Below are positions 17,721 through 28,513 of a DNA stretch of 64,000 nucleotides, piece after piece. The position numbers were made by a program, and so were the translations under genes. The DNA is from Halorussus marinus. GTDB taxonomy: Archaea > Halobacteriota > Halobacteria > Halobacteriales > Haladaptataceae. The DNA is taken from positions 186,001-250,000 of the forward strand of contig NZ_SBIV01000005.1 in assembly GCF_004765795.1 (NCBI RefSeq). The letters run 5' to 3'. How positions within the stretch are numbered: position 1 is the first letter of the stretch; the number at the start of each line of letters is the position of its first letter. The notes under the pieces are model-generated. The model saw only the letters and a program-made list of their open reading frames with translations. It had not been told where the DNA came from and ran no database searches.

Positions 17721-18836
17721 ATGCCAAACGACACCACGCGCCGCGCGTTCCTCGTGGGGACGGGGACCGCGGCGACGGCGTTTCTGACGGGGCGTGCCGG
17801 GGCGACAACGAGCCAAGAGACTACCACCGCCGGGGGCCAAGAGACCACCACCGGCGACGGCGCCGACCAGCAGTTCGACTTCCCGGTGACGACAGACGTG
17901 CTTCTCGACGAGGGGTTCGAGACCGGGAACATCGAGGATCTCGAACGGATGGAAGAGCGCGAGGAGCCGCGATACGGCGGGCCGGTCGAGGAGACGCCCG
18001 AGTCCGAAGGCGATCTCATCGATCCCGACCGGCTGACGTTCTCGCTCGCGCCGACCGAGGACCCGGCGGTGTATCAGGACACGATGCAACCGCTGCTCGA
18101 CAACATCGCCGAGGAGACCGGGAAGACCGTCGAGTTCTTCCCGCTGAACTCCTACGCCGCACAGGTGGAGGCGATGCGGTCCGAACGGCTCCACATCGGC
18201 GGGTTCTCGACCGGGACGGTGCCGTTCGCGGTGAACCTCGCGGGCGCGGTGCCGTTCTCGATCCAGGTGTCCGACGAGGGCGACTTCGGCTATCGGCTCT
18301 GGGCCATCACGCAGGCCGACAACGACGAGATAAACAGCGTCGAGGACTACGCGGGCAACACCATCGCCCACACCGAACCCACATCGAACTCGGGCAACCT
18401 CGCGCCGCGGGCGATCTTCGAGGACCAGTTCGGCGTCGTGCCGGGCGAGGACTACGAGGTCGAGTTCTCCGGGGGTCACCAGCAGAGCGCGCTCGGGGTC
18501 GCGAACGACGACTACGCCGGCGCGCCGGTGTGTAGCACCTGCTACGCCCGCGTGGTCGACGCCGACCAGATCGATCCGACCCAGATCAAGTGCGTGTTCG
18601 CGAGCCGGCCGTTCCCGACCACGGGGTTCTGTTACCGGTACAACCTCACGCCGGAGCTTCAGGAGGGGATCCGGGCGGCGTTCCTCGAGTACGACTACTC
18701 CGATACCTCGATCGCCGAGCAGTTCGAGGGCCGGGGCCAGTGGATCGACGTCGACTACGCCAGCGCGTGGGACGTGATCCTCACGATCCAGGAGGCCAAC
18801 GAGGTCGAGTACGAGGAGGGCGAGATCGGCGAGTGA
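17721..18836 (+). CDS. phnD: Phosphonate/organophosphate ABC transporter substrate-binding protein
   Basis: Tat [31 protein letters not shown]. Confidence 0.88.
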   Translation: MPNDTTRRAFLVGTGTAATAFLTGRAGATTSQETTTAGGQETTTGDGADQQFDFPVTTDVLLDEGFETGNIEDLERMEEREEPRYGGPVEETPESEGDLIDPDRLTFSLAPTEDPAVYQDTMQPLLDNIAEETGKTVEFFPLNSYAAQVEAMRSERLHIGGFSTGTVPFAVNLAGAVPFSIQVSDEGDFGYRLWAITQADNDEINSVEDYAGNTIAHTEPTSNSGNLAPRAIFEDQFGVVPGEDYEVEFSGGHQQSALGVANDDYAGAPVCSTCYARVVDADQIDPTQIKCVFASRPFPTTGFCYRYNLTPELQEGIRAAFLEYDYSDTSIAEQFEGRGQWIDVDYASAWDVILTIQEANEVEYEEGEIGE

Positions 18837-18960
18837 CCGCCGGGCGGCCACCGCGGTCGGGGCCGAGGCCCGGCCGCGACGGATGCAACTTATTTATCAT
18901 AGAAGAGCATTACGTTTCGGTAGCTGCCGAGAGCCGTATCGGGAGCGGGGGAGTGGACGC

Positions 18961-19764
18961 ATGCTTACTGTCAGTGACTTACACAAGACCTACGAGACCG
19001 GCGACGAGGCGCTCGGGGGCGTCTCGATGGAGGTGTCGGGAAACGAGATCGTCGCCATCGTCGGCCCGAGCGGCGCCGGAAAGAGCACGCTCATCAGGTG
19101 TATCAACCGTTTGACCGAGCCGACCGCCGGGGAGGTGTGGCTCGACGACACCGAGATCACGGGCCTCGACACCGCCGAACTCCGGAAGGCACGGCGGGAC
19201 ATGGGGATGATCTTTCAGGAGTTCAACCTCGTCGAGCGGCTCACCGTGATGGAGAACGTCCTCTCGGGGCGACTCGGCTACACCAGCAACTGGAAGGCGC
19301 TCCGTCGGAAGTTCGCGGGCGAGGACGTCCAGCGCGCCTACGAGATCCTCGATCGAGTCGGGCTCGGGGGGTACGACAACAGCCGCGCCGACGAGCTGTC
19401 GGGGGGCCAGCGCCAGCGGGTCGGCATCGCGCGGGCGGTGATCCAGCGCCCCAAGATACTGCTGGTCGACGAGCCCACCAGCAGTCTCGACCCCGAGACC
19501 TCCCGGTCGGTGATGGAGCTACTGACCGACATCGCGACCGACGACGACATCCCCGTACTGATCAACATCCACGAGATCGATCTCGCGATCGACTACGCCG
19601 ACCGGATCGTCGGGCTCTCGGACGGCGAGATCGTCTTCGAGGGGCCGCCCGAGGCGCTCGACGAGGAGGGTCGGGACGTGATCTACCGCGGCGGGGAGTC
19701 GCGAGTCGGCCGGGCGGCGCCCGACGAGACGACCGACTCGCTCACCACCGAGAAACGGGAGTGA
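18961..19764 (+). CDS. phnC: Phosphonate ABC transporter ATPase
   Basis: [36 protein letters not shown]. Confidence 0.92.
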   Translation: MLTVSDLHKTYETGDEALGGVSMEVSGNEIVAIVGPSGAGKSTLIRCINRLTEPTAGEVWLDDTEITGLDTAELRKARRDMGMIFQEFNLVERLTVMENVLSGRLGYTSNWKALRRKFAGEDVQRAYEILDRVGLGGYDNSRADELSGGQRQRVGIARAVIQRPKILLVDEPTSSLDPETSRSVMELLTDIATDDDIPVLINIHEIDLAIDYADRIVGLSDGEIVFEGPPEALDEEGRDVIYRGGESRVGRAAPDETTDSLTTEKRE

Positions 19765-19768
19765 TGGG

Positions 19769-20587
19769 ATGTCGCTCGAAGAGCAAACGTCGACCGAGTA
19801 CGGCTCGTGGGAGCGTCCGAGCGCCTTCTACAACAAGTACATCAAGTGGGTCATCTACGGACTCATCGTGGTGTTCGTGGTCTGGAGCATGTGGGACATC
19901 CGGATCTCGTTCGCCCGGTTCGTCGCGGGGATCGACGCCGCGGTGGATCTGGTCCAGAACATGGTGCCGCCCGAGCTCACGCCCCGCAAGCGCGAACTCC
20001 TCGTCGAGGGGCTCGTCGAGAGCATCAACATGTCGATCGTGGCGACGGTCATCGGCATCCTAATCAGCCTCCCCGTGGGGTTTCTCGCGGCCGAGAACCT
20101 GATGCCGTCGTCGGTGTACTACGCTAGCCGCGGGGTGATCTCGATTTCGCGGTCGTTCCACGAGCTCATCGTCGCCATCGTCGCGGTCAAGGCGGTCGGG
20201 TTCGGCCCGCTGGCGGGCGTGATCGCGCTGTCGTTCAAGACCATCGGGTTCTTCGGGAAACTGCTCGCCGAGGAGCTCGAAGACATCGACAGTGGCCAAC
20301 TCGACGCGATACGGGCGGTCGGCGGGAGCCGGTTTCAGGTGTTGCTGTACGGCGTCCTCCCGCAGGTGTTGCCGCGGATCGTCGGACTCAGCATCTACCG
20401 GTGGGACATCAACATCCGCCACAGCACCGTGGTCGGCATCGTCGGGGCGGGCGGGATCGGCGTGACCCTGCTCAACTCCTTCCAGAAGTACGATTACGAC
20501 TTCAGCCTCACGATCATCCTCGCGATCGTCGCGATCGTCCTCGTTGGCGAGGCCGTCAGCGCGATCGTCCGCAGGAGGGTCCAGTGA
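19769..20587 (+). CDS. phnE: Phosphonate ABC transporter permease
   Basis: YRWDINIRHSTVVGIVGAGGIG. Confidence 0.92.
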   Translation: MSLEEQTSTEYGSWERPSAFYNKYIKWVIYGLIVVFVVWSMWDIRISFARFVAGIDAAVDLVQNMVPPELTPRKRELLVEGLVESINMSIVATVIGILISLPVGFLAAENLMPSSVYYASRGVISISRSFHELIVAIVAVKAVGFGPLAGVIALSFKTIGFFGKLLAEELEDIDSGQLDAIRAVGGSRFQVLLYGVLPQVLPRIVGLSIYRWDINIRHSTVVGIVGAGGIGVTLLNSFQKYDYDFSLTIILAIVAIVLVGEAVSAIVRRRVQ

Positions 20588-21387
20588 TGGCCGCAGAATC
20601 AGACGACCGCGAGTGGCGGCGGTTCTCGCCGACCCAGCGGGCGCTCCGCGCGCTCGGGGTCGGACTCGCCGTCGCCGCCTTCGTGGTCTCGTGGCGGGCG
20701 CTTGACATCAACTACGAGTACGCCGCGACCGCGCCGCGGGAGACCTACGATCTGCTCAGCCGGATGTACCCGCCCGACCTCGGGTACGTCACCGAGATCC
20801 TCCCGCCGCTGATCGAGACGATCCACATCTCGATCCTCGGGACCGCGTTCGCGGTCCTGATCTCGCTCCCGATCGCGTTCCTCGCGGCCGAGAACACCTC
20901 GCCGAACCGGGCGACCTACTACCTGGGGAAGTTCATCGTGTCGTTCACCCGGTCGGTGAACGTCATCATCTGGGCGCTCATCTTCGTGGTGCTGTTCGGG
21001 TCGGGCGCGCTCGCGGGCGTGCTGGCGATCGCGGTCCGGTCGATCGGGTTCACCGCGAAGCTCATCGCAGAGGGAATCGAGGAGATCGACCACGGGCAGG
21101 TCGAGGCGATCCGGGCCACCGGCGCGAGCCCGTTTCAGGTGCTGATGTACGCCATCGCGCCCCAGATCAAGCCCGCGTTCGTCGGCGTCTCGACCTACCG
21201 GTGGGACATCAACGTCCGGGCCTCGACCATCATCGGGTTCGTGGGCGCCGGCGGCATCGGAGTAGCGCTCACGACCAGCATCAACTCCTTCGCGTGGGAC
21301 AACGTGCTGACGATCCTGATCGCGATCCTCGGCGTGGTCGTCTTCAGCGAGGTCTTCTCGGCGTACATGCGCCGGAAGGTCCGATAG
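20587..21387 (+). CDS. phnE: Phosphonate ABC transporter permease (second copy)
   Basis: TGATG overlap; YRWDINVRASTIIGFVGAGGIG. Confidence 0.92.
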   Translation: MAAESDDREWRRFSPTQRALRALGVGLAVAAFVVSWRALDINYEYAATAPRETYDLLSRMYPPDLGYVTEILPPLIETIHISILGTAFAVLISLPIAFLAAENTSPNRATYYLGKFIVSFTRSVNVIIWALIFVVLFGSGALAGVLAIAVRSIGFTAKLIAEGIEEIDHGQVEAIRATGASPFQVLMYAIAPQIKPAFVGVSTYRWDINVRASTIIGFVGAGGIGVALTTSINSFAWDNVLTILIAILGVVVFSEVFSAYMRRKVR

Positions 21388-21435
21388 CGAGACCGCCCCG
21401 GACTCGGTCCCCGGCCCCTCGCGGGCCGGCGGAAC

Positions 21436-22440
21436 TCAGACCGCGCCCGCGCCGTATCGCTGAAGCCCGTCGTAGTCGGCGATGAGCCCGTCGACCCCGG
21501 CCTCCTGTAACTGCTCGGCCTGCCGCCACGTCTGGACCGTCCAGACGTTGACCGCCCGGCCGGCGTCGTGGGCCTCCGCGATCAGGTCGACGTCGGCGAA
21601 CGTCTCGGGCTCCTGACCGTCGTAGTATTCGTTCCCGAAGAAGTCGGTACCCCGGATCATGTTGCGCGGCGGGTGAAGCGCCTCGCAGTCGTACTCCTCG
21701 GTGATCGCCAGCCCCTCCTCGATGGAGTCCCAGAACAGAAACGCGATCGGGACGCCGTCGTCGACCTCCCGGACCGCCGCCAGCGCGCCCTCCTGGAACG
21801 ACGAGACGAGCACCTCGTTGTCGTGGTCCGCGGCGATCGCGAGCGCGTCCTCGGCGAGGTCCATCCACAGTTCCGTCTGGGTCTCGAGCGCCTCGCCGTC
21901 GAGGTTCTCCGCGAAGCGGATATCCGCAGAGCCGGGGTTCTTGAACTCGATGTTCACGCCCACCTCCGACGGGATCGCCCGCATCGCCTCCCCGAGTCTG
22001 GGGATGGGCTCGTCGGTTCCCAGTACCCGGAGCTCGCGGAGCCGATCGGTCGGGGTCTCCCAGACGTACTGGTCGGCCATCCTCTCGGGGGCATCGGTGA
22101 GCCGCCCGAGCGTGTCGTCGTGAAACACCATCACGTCGCCGTCGGCCGACGGCATGATGTCGATCTCGATCATGTCGGCCTTCACCCGGTCGGCGGTCGG
22201 CGGCGACTGGCCGGCGACCGACCCTCGGATCGCCCCGAGGGTGTTCTCCGGGTAGAGCCCGGCGAACCCGCGGTGGGCGACGAGCGACGCGGCGTCCGCG
22301 CCGCCTTGGGTCGGCGGCCGTCGCTCGGCGTCCGTCGACTCGTCGGCCCCGCTCGTAGCGCTCGCCGCTCCACCCACGAGAGATGCACCCGTCACTTTGA
22401 GGAACGTCCGTCGGGACAGTTCTTGTATTTTCCCCAGCAT
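21436..22440 (-). CDS. Secreted (Tat) glycerophosphodiester phosphodiesterase
   Basis: SRRTFLK; AHRGFAG..PENT, IEID, HDDTL, VWTV, GVDGLIAD. Confidence 0.9.
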   Translation of the reverse strand: MLGKIQELSRRTFLKVTGASLVGGAASATSGADESTDAERRPPTQGGADAASLVAHRGFAGLYPENTLGAIRGSVAGQSPPTADRVKADMIEIDIMPSADGDVMVFHDDTLGRLTDAPERMADQYVWETPTDRLRELRVLGTDEPIPRLGEAMRAIPSEVGVNIEFKNPGSADIRFAENLDGEALETQTELWMDLAEDALAIAADHDNEVLVSSFQEGALAAVREVDDGVPIAFLFWDSIEEGLAITEEYDCEALHPPRNMIRGTDFFGNEYYDGQEPETFADVDLIAEAHDAGRAVNVWTVQTWRQAEQLQEAGVDGLIADYDGLQRYGAGAV

Positions 22441-22622
22441 GACGCCCGAGCTACGCCGTCGCCGATAAAAGTAATTATTAATTCATAGTTTCGTGACCGG
22501 GCCGAATCTAACCCCGGACGCGGAGCGCGGTCGGGACCGGCGCGCCGAACGCTTATCCACTCGCGACCCGTACCGGTGGCCCAACGAATGAGCGACCACT
22601 CGGGGACGGACGGGAGTTCCCC

Positions 22623-23396
22623 ATGACCTACGACGGTGCGGTGATCGACCTCGACGGCACGGTGTACCGGGGCGGCGACCTGCTCGCCGGGGCCGACATC
22701 GGTATCGAGGCGTTGCGGCGCCGGACCGCCGTCGCGTTCGTCTCGAACAAGGCGATCGAGCGGCGCGCGGACTACGCCCGGAAGCTCACCGACCTCGGCG
22801 TCCCGACCGAGCCCGGAGAGGTGCTCAACTCCGGCGCGATGACCGCCGACCTGCTCGCCCGGGAGTACCCCGACCGCGCGGCGCTGGTGGTCGGCGAGGC
22901 GCCGCTGGTCGCCGACCTCGAAGCCGCCGGCGTCCGGGTCACCGAGACGCCAGCCGACGCGGGGGTCGTGGTCGCCTCGATGGATCGGTCGTTCGACTAC
23001 GAGACGCTGACCGCGGCGATGAACGCCCTCGACGGCGACGCCGCGTTCGTCGCGACCAACCCCGACCGGACCTGCCCGGTCGCGGACGGCGAGATCCCGG
23101 ACGCCGCGGGCATGATCGGCGCGATCGAGGGCGTCACCGGCCGCGAACTCGACGCGGTCGCGGGCAAACCCTCGCCGACTGCGATGACCGCCGCGACGAA
23201 CCTGCTCGAGGCCGACCCGGGCGACTGCCTGCTGGTGGGCGACCGGCTCGAAACCGACATCGAGATGGGCGAGCGCGCCGGCATGACGACGGTCCTCGTG
23301 CTGACCGGCGTGACCGACGAGGCCGACCTCCGGGAGGCGACGGTCGAACCGGACTACGTGCTCGACTCGCTCGCGTCGATCGAGACGGTGCTGTGA
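22623..23396 (+). CDS. HAD-IIA (NagD-like) phosphatase
   Basis: DLDGT, ATNPD, GKPS, GDRLETDI. Confidence 0.92.
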   Translation: MTYDGAVIDLDGTVYRGGDLLAGADIGIEALRRRTAVAFVSNKAIERRADYARKLTDLGVPTEPGEVLNSGAMTADLLAREYPDRAALVVGEAPLVADLEAAGVRVTETPADAGVVVASMDRSFDYETLTAAMNALDGDAAFVATNPDRTCPVADGEIPDAAGMIGAIEGVTGRELDAVAGKPSPTAMTAATNLLEADPGDCLLVGDRLETDIEMGERAGMTTVLVLTGVTDEADLREATVEPDYVLDSLASIETVL

Positions 23397-23412
23397 GCCC
23401 GGCCGACCGAAC

Positions 23413-23841
23413 TCACTCGTCGGCCAGCGGCACCGTCAGGACGGGTACGTCGGCGGTCCGAACCACCTTCTCGGTCACGCTCCCGATGAGATACCGCTCG
23501 ACCCCGCGGCGGCCGTGGGTCCCCATCACGACCAGATCGACGCCGTACTCCTCGATGTAGTCGAGGATCGTCTCGTAGGGGTCGCCCTGCAACACCACGT
23601 CCTCGACGTCGACGCCCCGTGCCTGGGCTCGCTCGACGACGTCGCCGACGATGTCCTCGCCTTCCTCGACCAGCACGTCGCGAGCACCGTCGTCGAGCGT
23701 GGTCGTGCTGTACTGGTTTGTGTCGGCGACGTACAGCGCGTGGACCGACGCGTCGTACGTCGACGCGATGTTGAGCGCGTTTTCGAGGGCGGCCTCGGTC
23801 CCCTCGCTACCGTCGGTCGGGAACAGAACTGTCTCGTACAT
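23413..23841 (-). CDS. Universal stress protein
   Basis: PTDGS, VMGTHGR, GSVTEKVVR. Confidence 0.92.
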   Translation of the reverse strand: MYETVLFPTDGSEGTEAALENALNIASTYDASVHALYVADTNQYSTTTLDDGARDVLVEEGEDIVGDVVERAQARGVDVEDVVLQGDPYETILDYIEEYGVDLVVMGTHGRRGVERYLIGSVTEKVVRTADVPVLTVPLADE

Positions 23842-23897
23842 GGAGGGTCATTCGGGTGATAGCCTTTTGACTGTTTCGCGCCGGTCGGTCCGGACGA

Positions 23898-24293
23898 TCA
23901 TTCCTCGACTTCCTCGGCGTCGACCAACTGGAACAGATCGTCGTAGTCGTCGGGGAGCTGGGCCCGGACCTGTTCGAGCTCGCTGCGGGCCACGAGCTCG
24001 CTCACCAGCCCGACCACCACGCGGCCGTAGTAAGCCGCGTCGGACTCGTCGACGTTCGCGCGGTCGGCGACCCGCTCGACGAACTCGCCGTAGTCGAAGC
24101 GCTGGCCCGAGTCGGCGGCTTCGAGGTAGTAGTCGACCTCCATCGGGAGCGGGCCCGCGAGGTCGGTGGCTTCGCCCGGTTGGAGGCGCTCGCCCAGCGT
24201 GGTCAGCACGGCTCGCGTCGCCCGAACGGCTCGGCTCTGCTCGGGCAGTTCGAGGCGGTTCTGGACCTGCCCCATGAACTCGTTGTACTGCAT
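23898..24293 (-). CDS. DUF2267 family protein
   Basis: MQYNEFMGQVQ...AVLTTLGERL...AQLPDDY. Confidence 0.85.
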   Translation of the reverse strand: MQYNEFMGQVQNRLELPEQSRAVRATRAVLTTLGERLQPGEATDLAGPLPMEVDYYLEAADSGQRFDYGEFVERVADRANVDESDAAYYGRVVVGLVSELVARSELEQVRAQLPDDYDDLFQLVDAEEVEE

Positions 24294-24440
24294 GCGTCCC
24301 GGTACCACTGTCGGGGTGAAAGGCGTGGCGGCAGGTCGAGGTCGGGACGGCGACGGTAAACCGGTATAAAGCCCGGTTACGGCTCTCGACGACCGAGAAC
24401 GCCCGAATCGTTTTCCCGAGCGGGAGACGAACGATCTAGT

Positions 24441-24881
24441 ATGTACGAACGCATACTCATTCCGACCGACGGAAGCGACGCGGTCGACCCCGCCGTCGAG
24501 CGAGCCATCGACCTCGCGTCGACGTACGACGCGGAGCTCCACGCGGTGAACGTCGTGAACCTCGCGTCGCTGTCGACCGAGATACACACGCCGGCGGTCA
24601 TCGAGTCGTTCGAAGAACAGGGCGAAGTGGCGGTCGAGGCTATCGCCGAACGGGCGGCCGACGCCGGCGTCGAGGACGTGGCGACCGAAGTGATCCACGG
24701 CACGCCACACCGGACGATCCTCGACTACGCCGACGACCACGACGTCGACATGATCGTGATGGGGACTCACGGCCGGTCGGGGCTGAATCGCTACCTCCTC
24801 GGAAGCGTGACCGAGAAGGTGGTTCGGACCGCCGACGTGCCCGTCCTGACGGTGCGAACGAGCGAGTCGACCGAGGAGTAG
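24441..24881 (+). CDS. Universal stress protein
   Basis: ILIPTDGS, VMGTHGR, GSVTEKVVR. Confidence 0.92.
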   Translation: MYERILIPTDGSDAVDPAVERAIDLASTYDAELHAVNVVNLASLSTEIHTPAVIESFEEQGEVAVEAIAERAADAGVEDVATEVIHGTPHRTILDYADDHDVDMIVMGTHGRSGLNRYLLGSVTEKVVRTADVPVLTVRTSESTEE

Positions 24882-24915
24882 CCCGCCGTCTCGGCGCCGG
24901 GGCCGACCCGCCGGC

Positions 24916-25518
24916 TCAGTCCTCGGCGGCCTCGGCGACCGCGGGCTCGCCGTGTTCGACGTCGGTGCCGAGCACGTCGAGGAACTGCGAGAGCCACTCG
25001 ACGTGGTCGCTCCAGTCCCGGCCGGTGACGAGGTTACCGTCGGTGGTCACGCCGTCGTAGTACTCGCCGCCCGCGCCCTCCACGTCGGCTTCGAGCGCGG
25101 AGTACGCCGAGCAGGTCCGACCCTCGATCACGTCGGCCGCCGCGAGGATCTGGGCGGCGTGACAGATGGCCGCGACCGGCTTGTCGGCCTCGAAGAAGTG
25201 GCGGACGGTCCCCAGCACCTCGTCGTGGGTCCGGAGGTACTCGGGCGCGCGCCCGCCGGGCAACACCAGTCCGTCGTACGCCGCCGGGTCGATCTCGTCC
25301 ATCGCGGCGGTCACCCGAAAGTCGTGACCCCGCGACTCGACATACGTCTGGTCGCCCCGGAAGTCGTGGACCGCGGTCTTGACCGTGTCGCCCGCGTCTT
25401 TCTGGGGGCAGACCGCCTCGACCTCGTGGCCGACCGCCTGAAGCGCCTGAAACGGCACCATTATCTCGTAGTCCTCGCCGTAGTCGCCGACGATCATCAG
25501 TAGCCGCTTGCCGGACAT
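24916..25518 (-). CDS. DJ-1/PfpI family protein
   Basis: EDYE, PGGRAPEYLR, AICHA. Confidence 0.9.
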   Translation of the reverse strand: MSGKRLLMIVGDYGEDYEIMVPFQALQAVGHEVEAVCPQKDAGDTVKTAVHDFRGDQTYVESRGHDFRVTAAMDEIDPAAYDGLVLPGGRAPEYLRTHDEVLGTVRHFFEADKPVAAICHAAQILAAADVIEGRTCSAYSALEADVEGAGGEYYDGVTTDGNLVTGRDWSDHVEWLSQFLDVLGTDVEHGEPAVAEAAED

Positions 25519-25552
25519 AGTGACAGGTACTACCACCCACAGGACATAATAG

Positions 25553-26410
25553 CTATCGCCGGTCACCGCCGCGTCCGGAGAGCCACCGCGCCAGCCGACC
25601 GATCCCCACCGAGAGCCGCCCGAACAGGAGCTTGAGCCGGTCCTCGATCGGATCGGGGAAGTACCGGGCCGAGGCGACGAAGCGCGCGATCGGACCCACG
25701 GGGTACCGGGCCCTCGGGTCGGCGTCGGTCGCCGCCCGGAGGATCTCGGCGGCGACCCGCTCGGGGGTCACCGCGAACCGCTCGCTACCGACCCCGACGC
25801 CGCGTTCGAGCACGGCGTACGTCCCGGCGTACTCCGCGGTGCGGTCGTCGGGGTCGGGGAGCCGGTCGCGGGCGGCCGCCGCGAAGTCGCTCGACACCCA
25901 CGCCGGTTCGACCGCCGCCACGCCGACCGCGTCGGTCTCCATCCGGAGCGCGTCGGTCAGCCCCCGAAGCCCGAACTTGGCGGCGCTGTACGCGCCGAGC
26001 CCGGGGAACGCCGACCGCGAGACCACGCTGGAGACGTTCACGATCGTCCCGCCGGTCGCCCGGAGGTGGGGCAACGCCGCCCGGGCCATCCGGCGCGGGC
26101 CGTGGAGCACCACGTCGACCTGCCGGACGGCGGCGGCCTCCGGGACGTCCTCGATCGGCCCCGGCGCGGCGTAGCCCGCGTTGTTGACCAGACAGTCGAG
26201 CCGACCGGCGGCCTCGACCACGCGCTCGACGCCGTCGCGACACGCCTCGGGGTCGGAGACGTCGAGCCGGAACGTCTCGCAGTCCGGGAGGCCCGCCAGC
26301 CCCTCGGCGTCGACGTCGGTCGCGTACACCCGCCAGCCCGCCTCGCGGAACGCCCGCGCGGTCGCTCGCCCGATGCCCGACGCGGCGCCCGTGATGAGGA
26401 CCACTCGCAT
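25553..26410 (-). CDS. SDR family oxidoreductase
   Basis: ITGAASGIG, NNAG, YSAAK. Confidence 0.9.
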   Translation of the reverse strand: MRVVLITGAASGIGRATARAFREAGWRVYATDVDAEGLAGLPDCETFRLDVSDPEACRDGVERVVEAAGRLDCLVNNAGYAAPGPIEDVPEAAAVRQVDVVLHGPRRMARAALPHLRATGGTIVNVSSVVSRSAFPGLGAYSAAKFGLRGLTDALRMETDAVGVAAVEPAWVSSDFAAAARDRLPDPDDRTAEYAGTYAVLERGVGVGSERFAVTPERVAAEILRAATDADPRARYPVGPIARFVASARYFPDPIEDRLKLLFGRLSVGIGRLARWLSGRGGDRR

Positions 26411-26527
26411 ACCCGCGATTCGGGCACGGTCGGTTAGGACCTTCCGGAACGGAGCGGTCGCTCGCGGACTATCGTTCGAAAAAAACGGACAGCGCCGCCG
26501 ACCGCCGACCACCGTCGAGAGAACAGC

Positions 26528-27517
26528 TCAGGCCGCCGCGTAGGCGTCGTCGTCGGCTTCGAGCAGTTCGTGGTAGCGGTTTCGGATCGTGACCTCGCTG
26601 ACCTGCGCGACCTCGCTGACCTCGGCCTGGGTGACCTTCTCGTTGGTCAGGAGCGGCCCCGCGTAGATGGCGGCCGCGGCGAGCCCGACCGGCGACTTCC
26701 CGCTGTGGAGCCCCTTTCGCTTCGCGTTGCGCAGGAGCTCGCGGGCCCGGCGCTCGCTCTCGTCGGAGATGCCGAGGTCGCTGGCGAACCGCGCGACGTA
26801 GTCTTCGGGGTCGGCCGGCTGGATCTGGAGGTTGAGTTCGCGGACGATGTAGCGGTAGGTCCGCTTGAACTCCATCTCGTCGATCCGGCTGACGTTCGCG
26901 ACCTCGTCGATCGACCGAGGCGTCCCGGTCTGTCGGGCGGCGGCGTACAGCGACGCGGTGGCGACGCCCTCGATCGAGCGGCCGGGCAGGAGATCCTCGT
27001 CGAGCGCGCGCCGGTAGATGACCGAGGCGGTCTCCCGAACGTCCTCGGGAAGGCCGAGCGCGGAGGCCATCCGGTCGATCTCGCCGAGCGCCTGCTTGAG
27101 GTTGCGCTCTTTGGAGTCGCGGGTCCGGAACCGCTCGTTCCACTTGCGGAGCCGTTGCATCTTCTCGCGCTGGCGACTCCCCAGCGAGTTGCCGTAGGCG
27201 TCTTTGTCCTGCCAGCCGATGTTGGTCGACAGCCCCTTGTCGTGCATCATCTTCGTGGTCGGGGCGCCGACCCGGCTCTTCTGGTCTTTCTCGGCCGCGT
27301 CGAACGCCCGCCACTCGGGGCCGCGGTCGACGGAGTCCTCTTCGACGACGAGGCCGCAGGCCCCACAGACGGTCTCGCCGTGCTCGCTGTCGGCGACGAG
27401 ATCGCCGCCACACTCCGGACAGGTGTCCTCGCGCTCGGGGGCCCGCTCCTCGTCGGTTCGTTCCTCGTTCGATACGTCGGTCTGCTCGCTGTAGCTCTGG
27501 ATGCGTGTACTCGTCAT
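26528..27517 (-). CDS. tfb: Transcription initiation factor IIB paralogue
   Basis: CPECGG...CGACG Zn ribbon, GPEWRAF, HDKGLST, cyclin repeats, SEVTIRNRY. Confidence 0.96.
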   Translation of the reverse strand: MTSTRIQSYSEQTDVSNEERTDEERAPEREDTCPECGGDLVADSEHGETVCGACGLVVEEDSVDRGPEWRAFDAAEKDQKSRVGAPTTKMMHDKGLSTNIGWQDKDAYGNSLGSRQREKMQRLRKWNERFRTRDSKERNLKQALGEIDRMASALGLPEDVRETASVIYRRALDEDLLPGRSIEGVATASLYAAARQTGTPRSIDEVANVSRIDEMEFKRTYRYIVRELNLQIQPADPEDYVARFASDLGISDESERRARELLRNAKRKGLHSGKSPVGLAAAAIYAGPLLTNEKVTQAEVSEVAQVSEVTIRNRYHELLEADDDAYAAA

Positions 27518-27775
27518 GGTGGTGATGGGTGGGCGGGGACTACCGGGAGGAGGAGAAACCCTGAAGAATCTCCGGGAGTCCTGCTTCCTAACTCTCAGTA
27601 AGGGCGACAACTACTTAAAGATTTCGCCCATGTGTGTGAGTGGCGCACAGTATCGGACCCGCGAGACGCCGGCGTCGTGGCGGATTACTTCGGGATTTAG
27701 AGGCAGTTCAGGCCGGTATCTCTGAGTCGGCCGTCCTCGGAATCCCGAACGCAGTTGTGCAATATTTTTGCAAAA

Positions 27776-28405
27776 CTACCCCTCGTCGCGGAGCGACGCC
27801 ATCGCGGCCTCGTCCGAGACCTGCTCGAACGACCGGTAGAACCGACCGACGGCGTCGAACTCCGGCGGCGACTCGACGCAGACGACCTCGTCGGCTTCCG
27901 CCCGGACCGTCGCCAGCGAGCGCGGCGACGCGACCGGAACCGCGAGGGTCACGCGGTCGGCCCCCGCCGCCCGGACCTGCCCGAGCGCCGCGATCGCGGT
28001 CGCCCCCGTCGCGAGGCCGTCGTCGACCACGAGGACGCGCCGGCCGTCCAGATCCGGGAGTTCGTCGGTTCCCCGATAGCGAGAGAGCTTCTCGCGGGCG
28101 AGCTCGGCTTCCCGGCGGCGCTCGCGCTCGAAGTACGCGTCGGTCGCGCCGGCCGCCGCCACGAGATCGTCGTTGCGCCACGCGGTGCCGTCGCTCGCCA
28201 CCGCGCCGAGCGCGACCTCGGGGTCGTCCGGGGCGCCGATCTTCGAGGCGACCACCACATCGAGGGGCGCCCCGAGCGCGTCGGCCACGGCGCGCGCGAC
28301 CGGGACGCCGCCCCGCGGGATTCCGAGCACCACGTCAGCGGTCACGCCGCGGTCGGCGAGCGCGTCTGCGAGTCGCCGTCCAGCGTCGGTTCGGTTCTGG
28401 AACAT
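27776..28405 (-). CDS. Phosphoribosyltransferase family protein
   Basis: MFQNRTDAG, GIPRGGV, VVDDGLATG, AVGRFY. Confidence 0.88.
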   Translation of the reverse strand: MFQNRTDAGRRLADALADRGVTADVVLGIPRGGVPVARAVADALGAPLDVVVASKIGAPDDPEVALGAVASDGTAWRNDDLVAAAGATDAYFERERRREAELAREKLSRYRGTDELPDLDGRRVLVVDDGLATGATAIAALGQVRAAGADRVTLAVPVASPRSLATVRAEADEVVCVESPPEFDAVGRFYRSFEQVSDEAAMASLRDEG

Positions 28406-28513
28406 CCTATCGTGTGTCGCGGTACCGATTCGCATAAATCTGAGCGTGCTGGCGACGCTGGTGGCCGTCGAGAGGACAAAACCCATATAACCTAATTCGA
28501 TGTACACGAGTGC

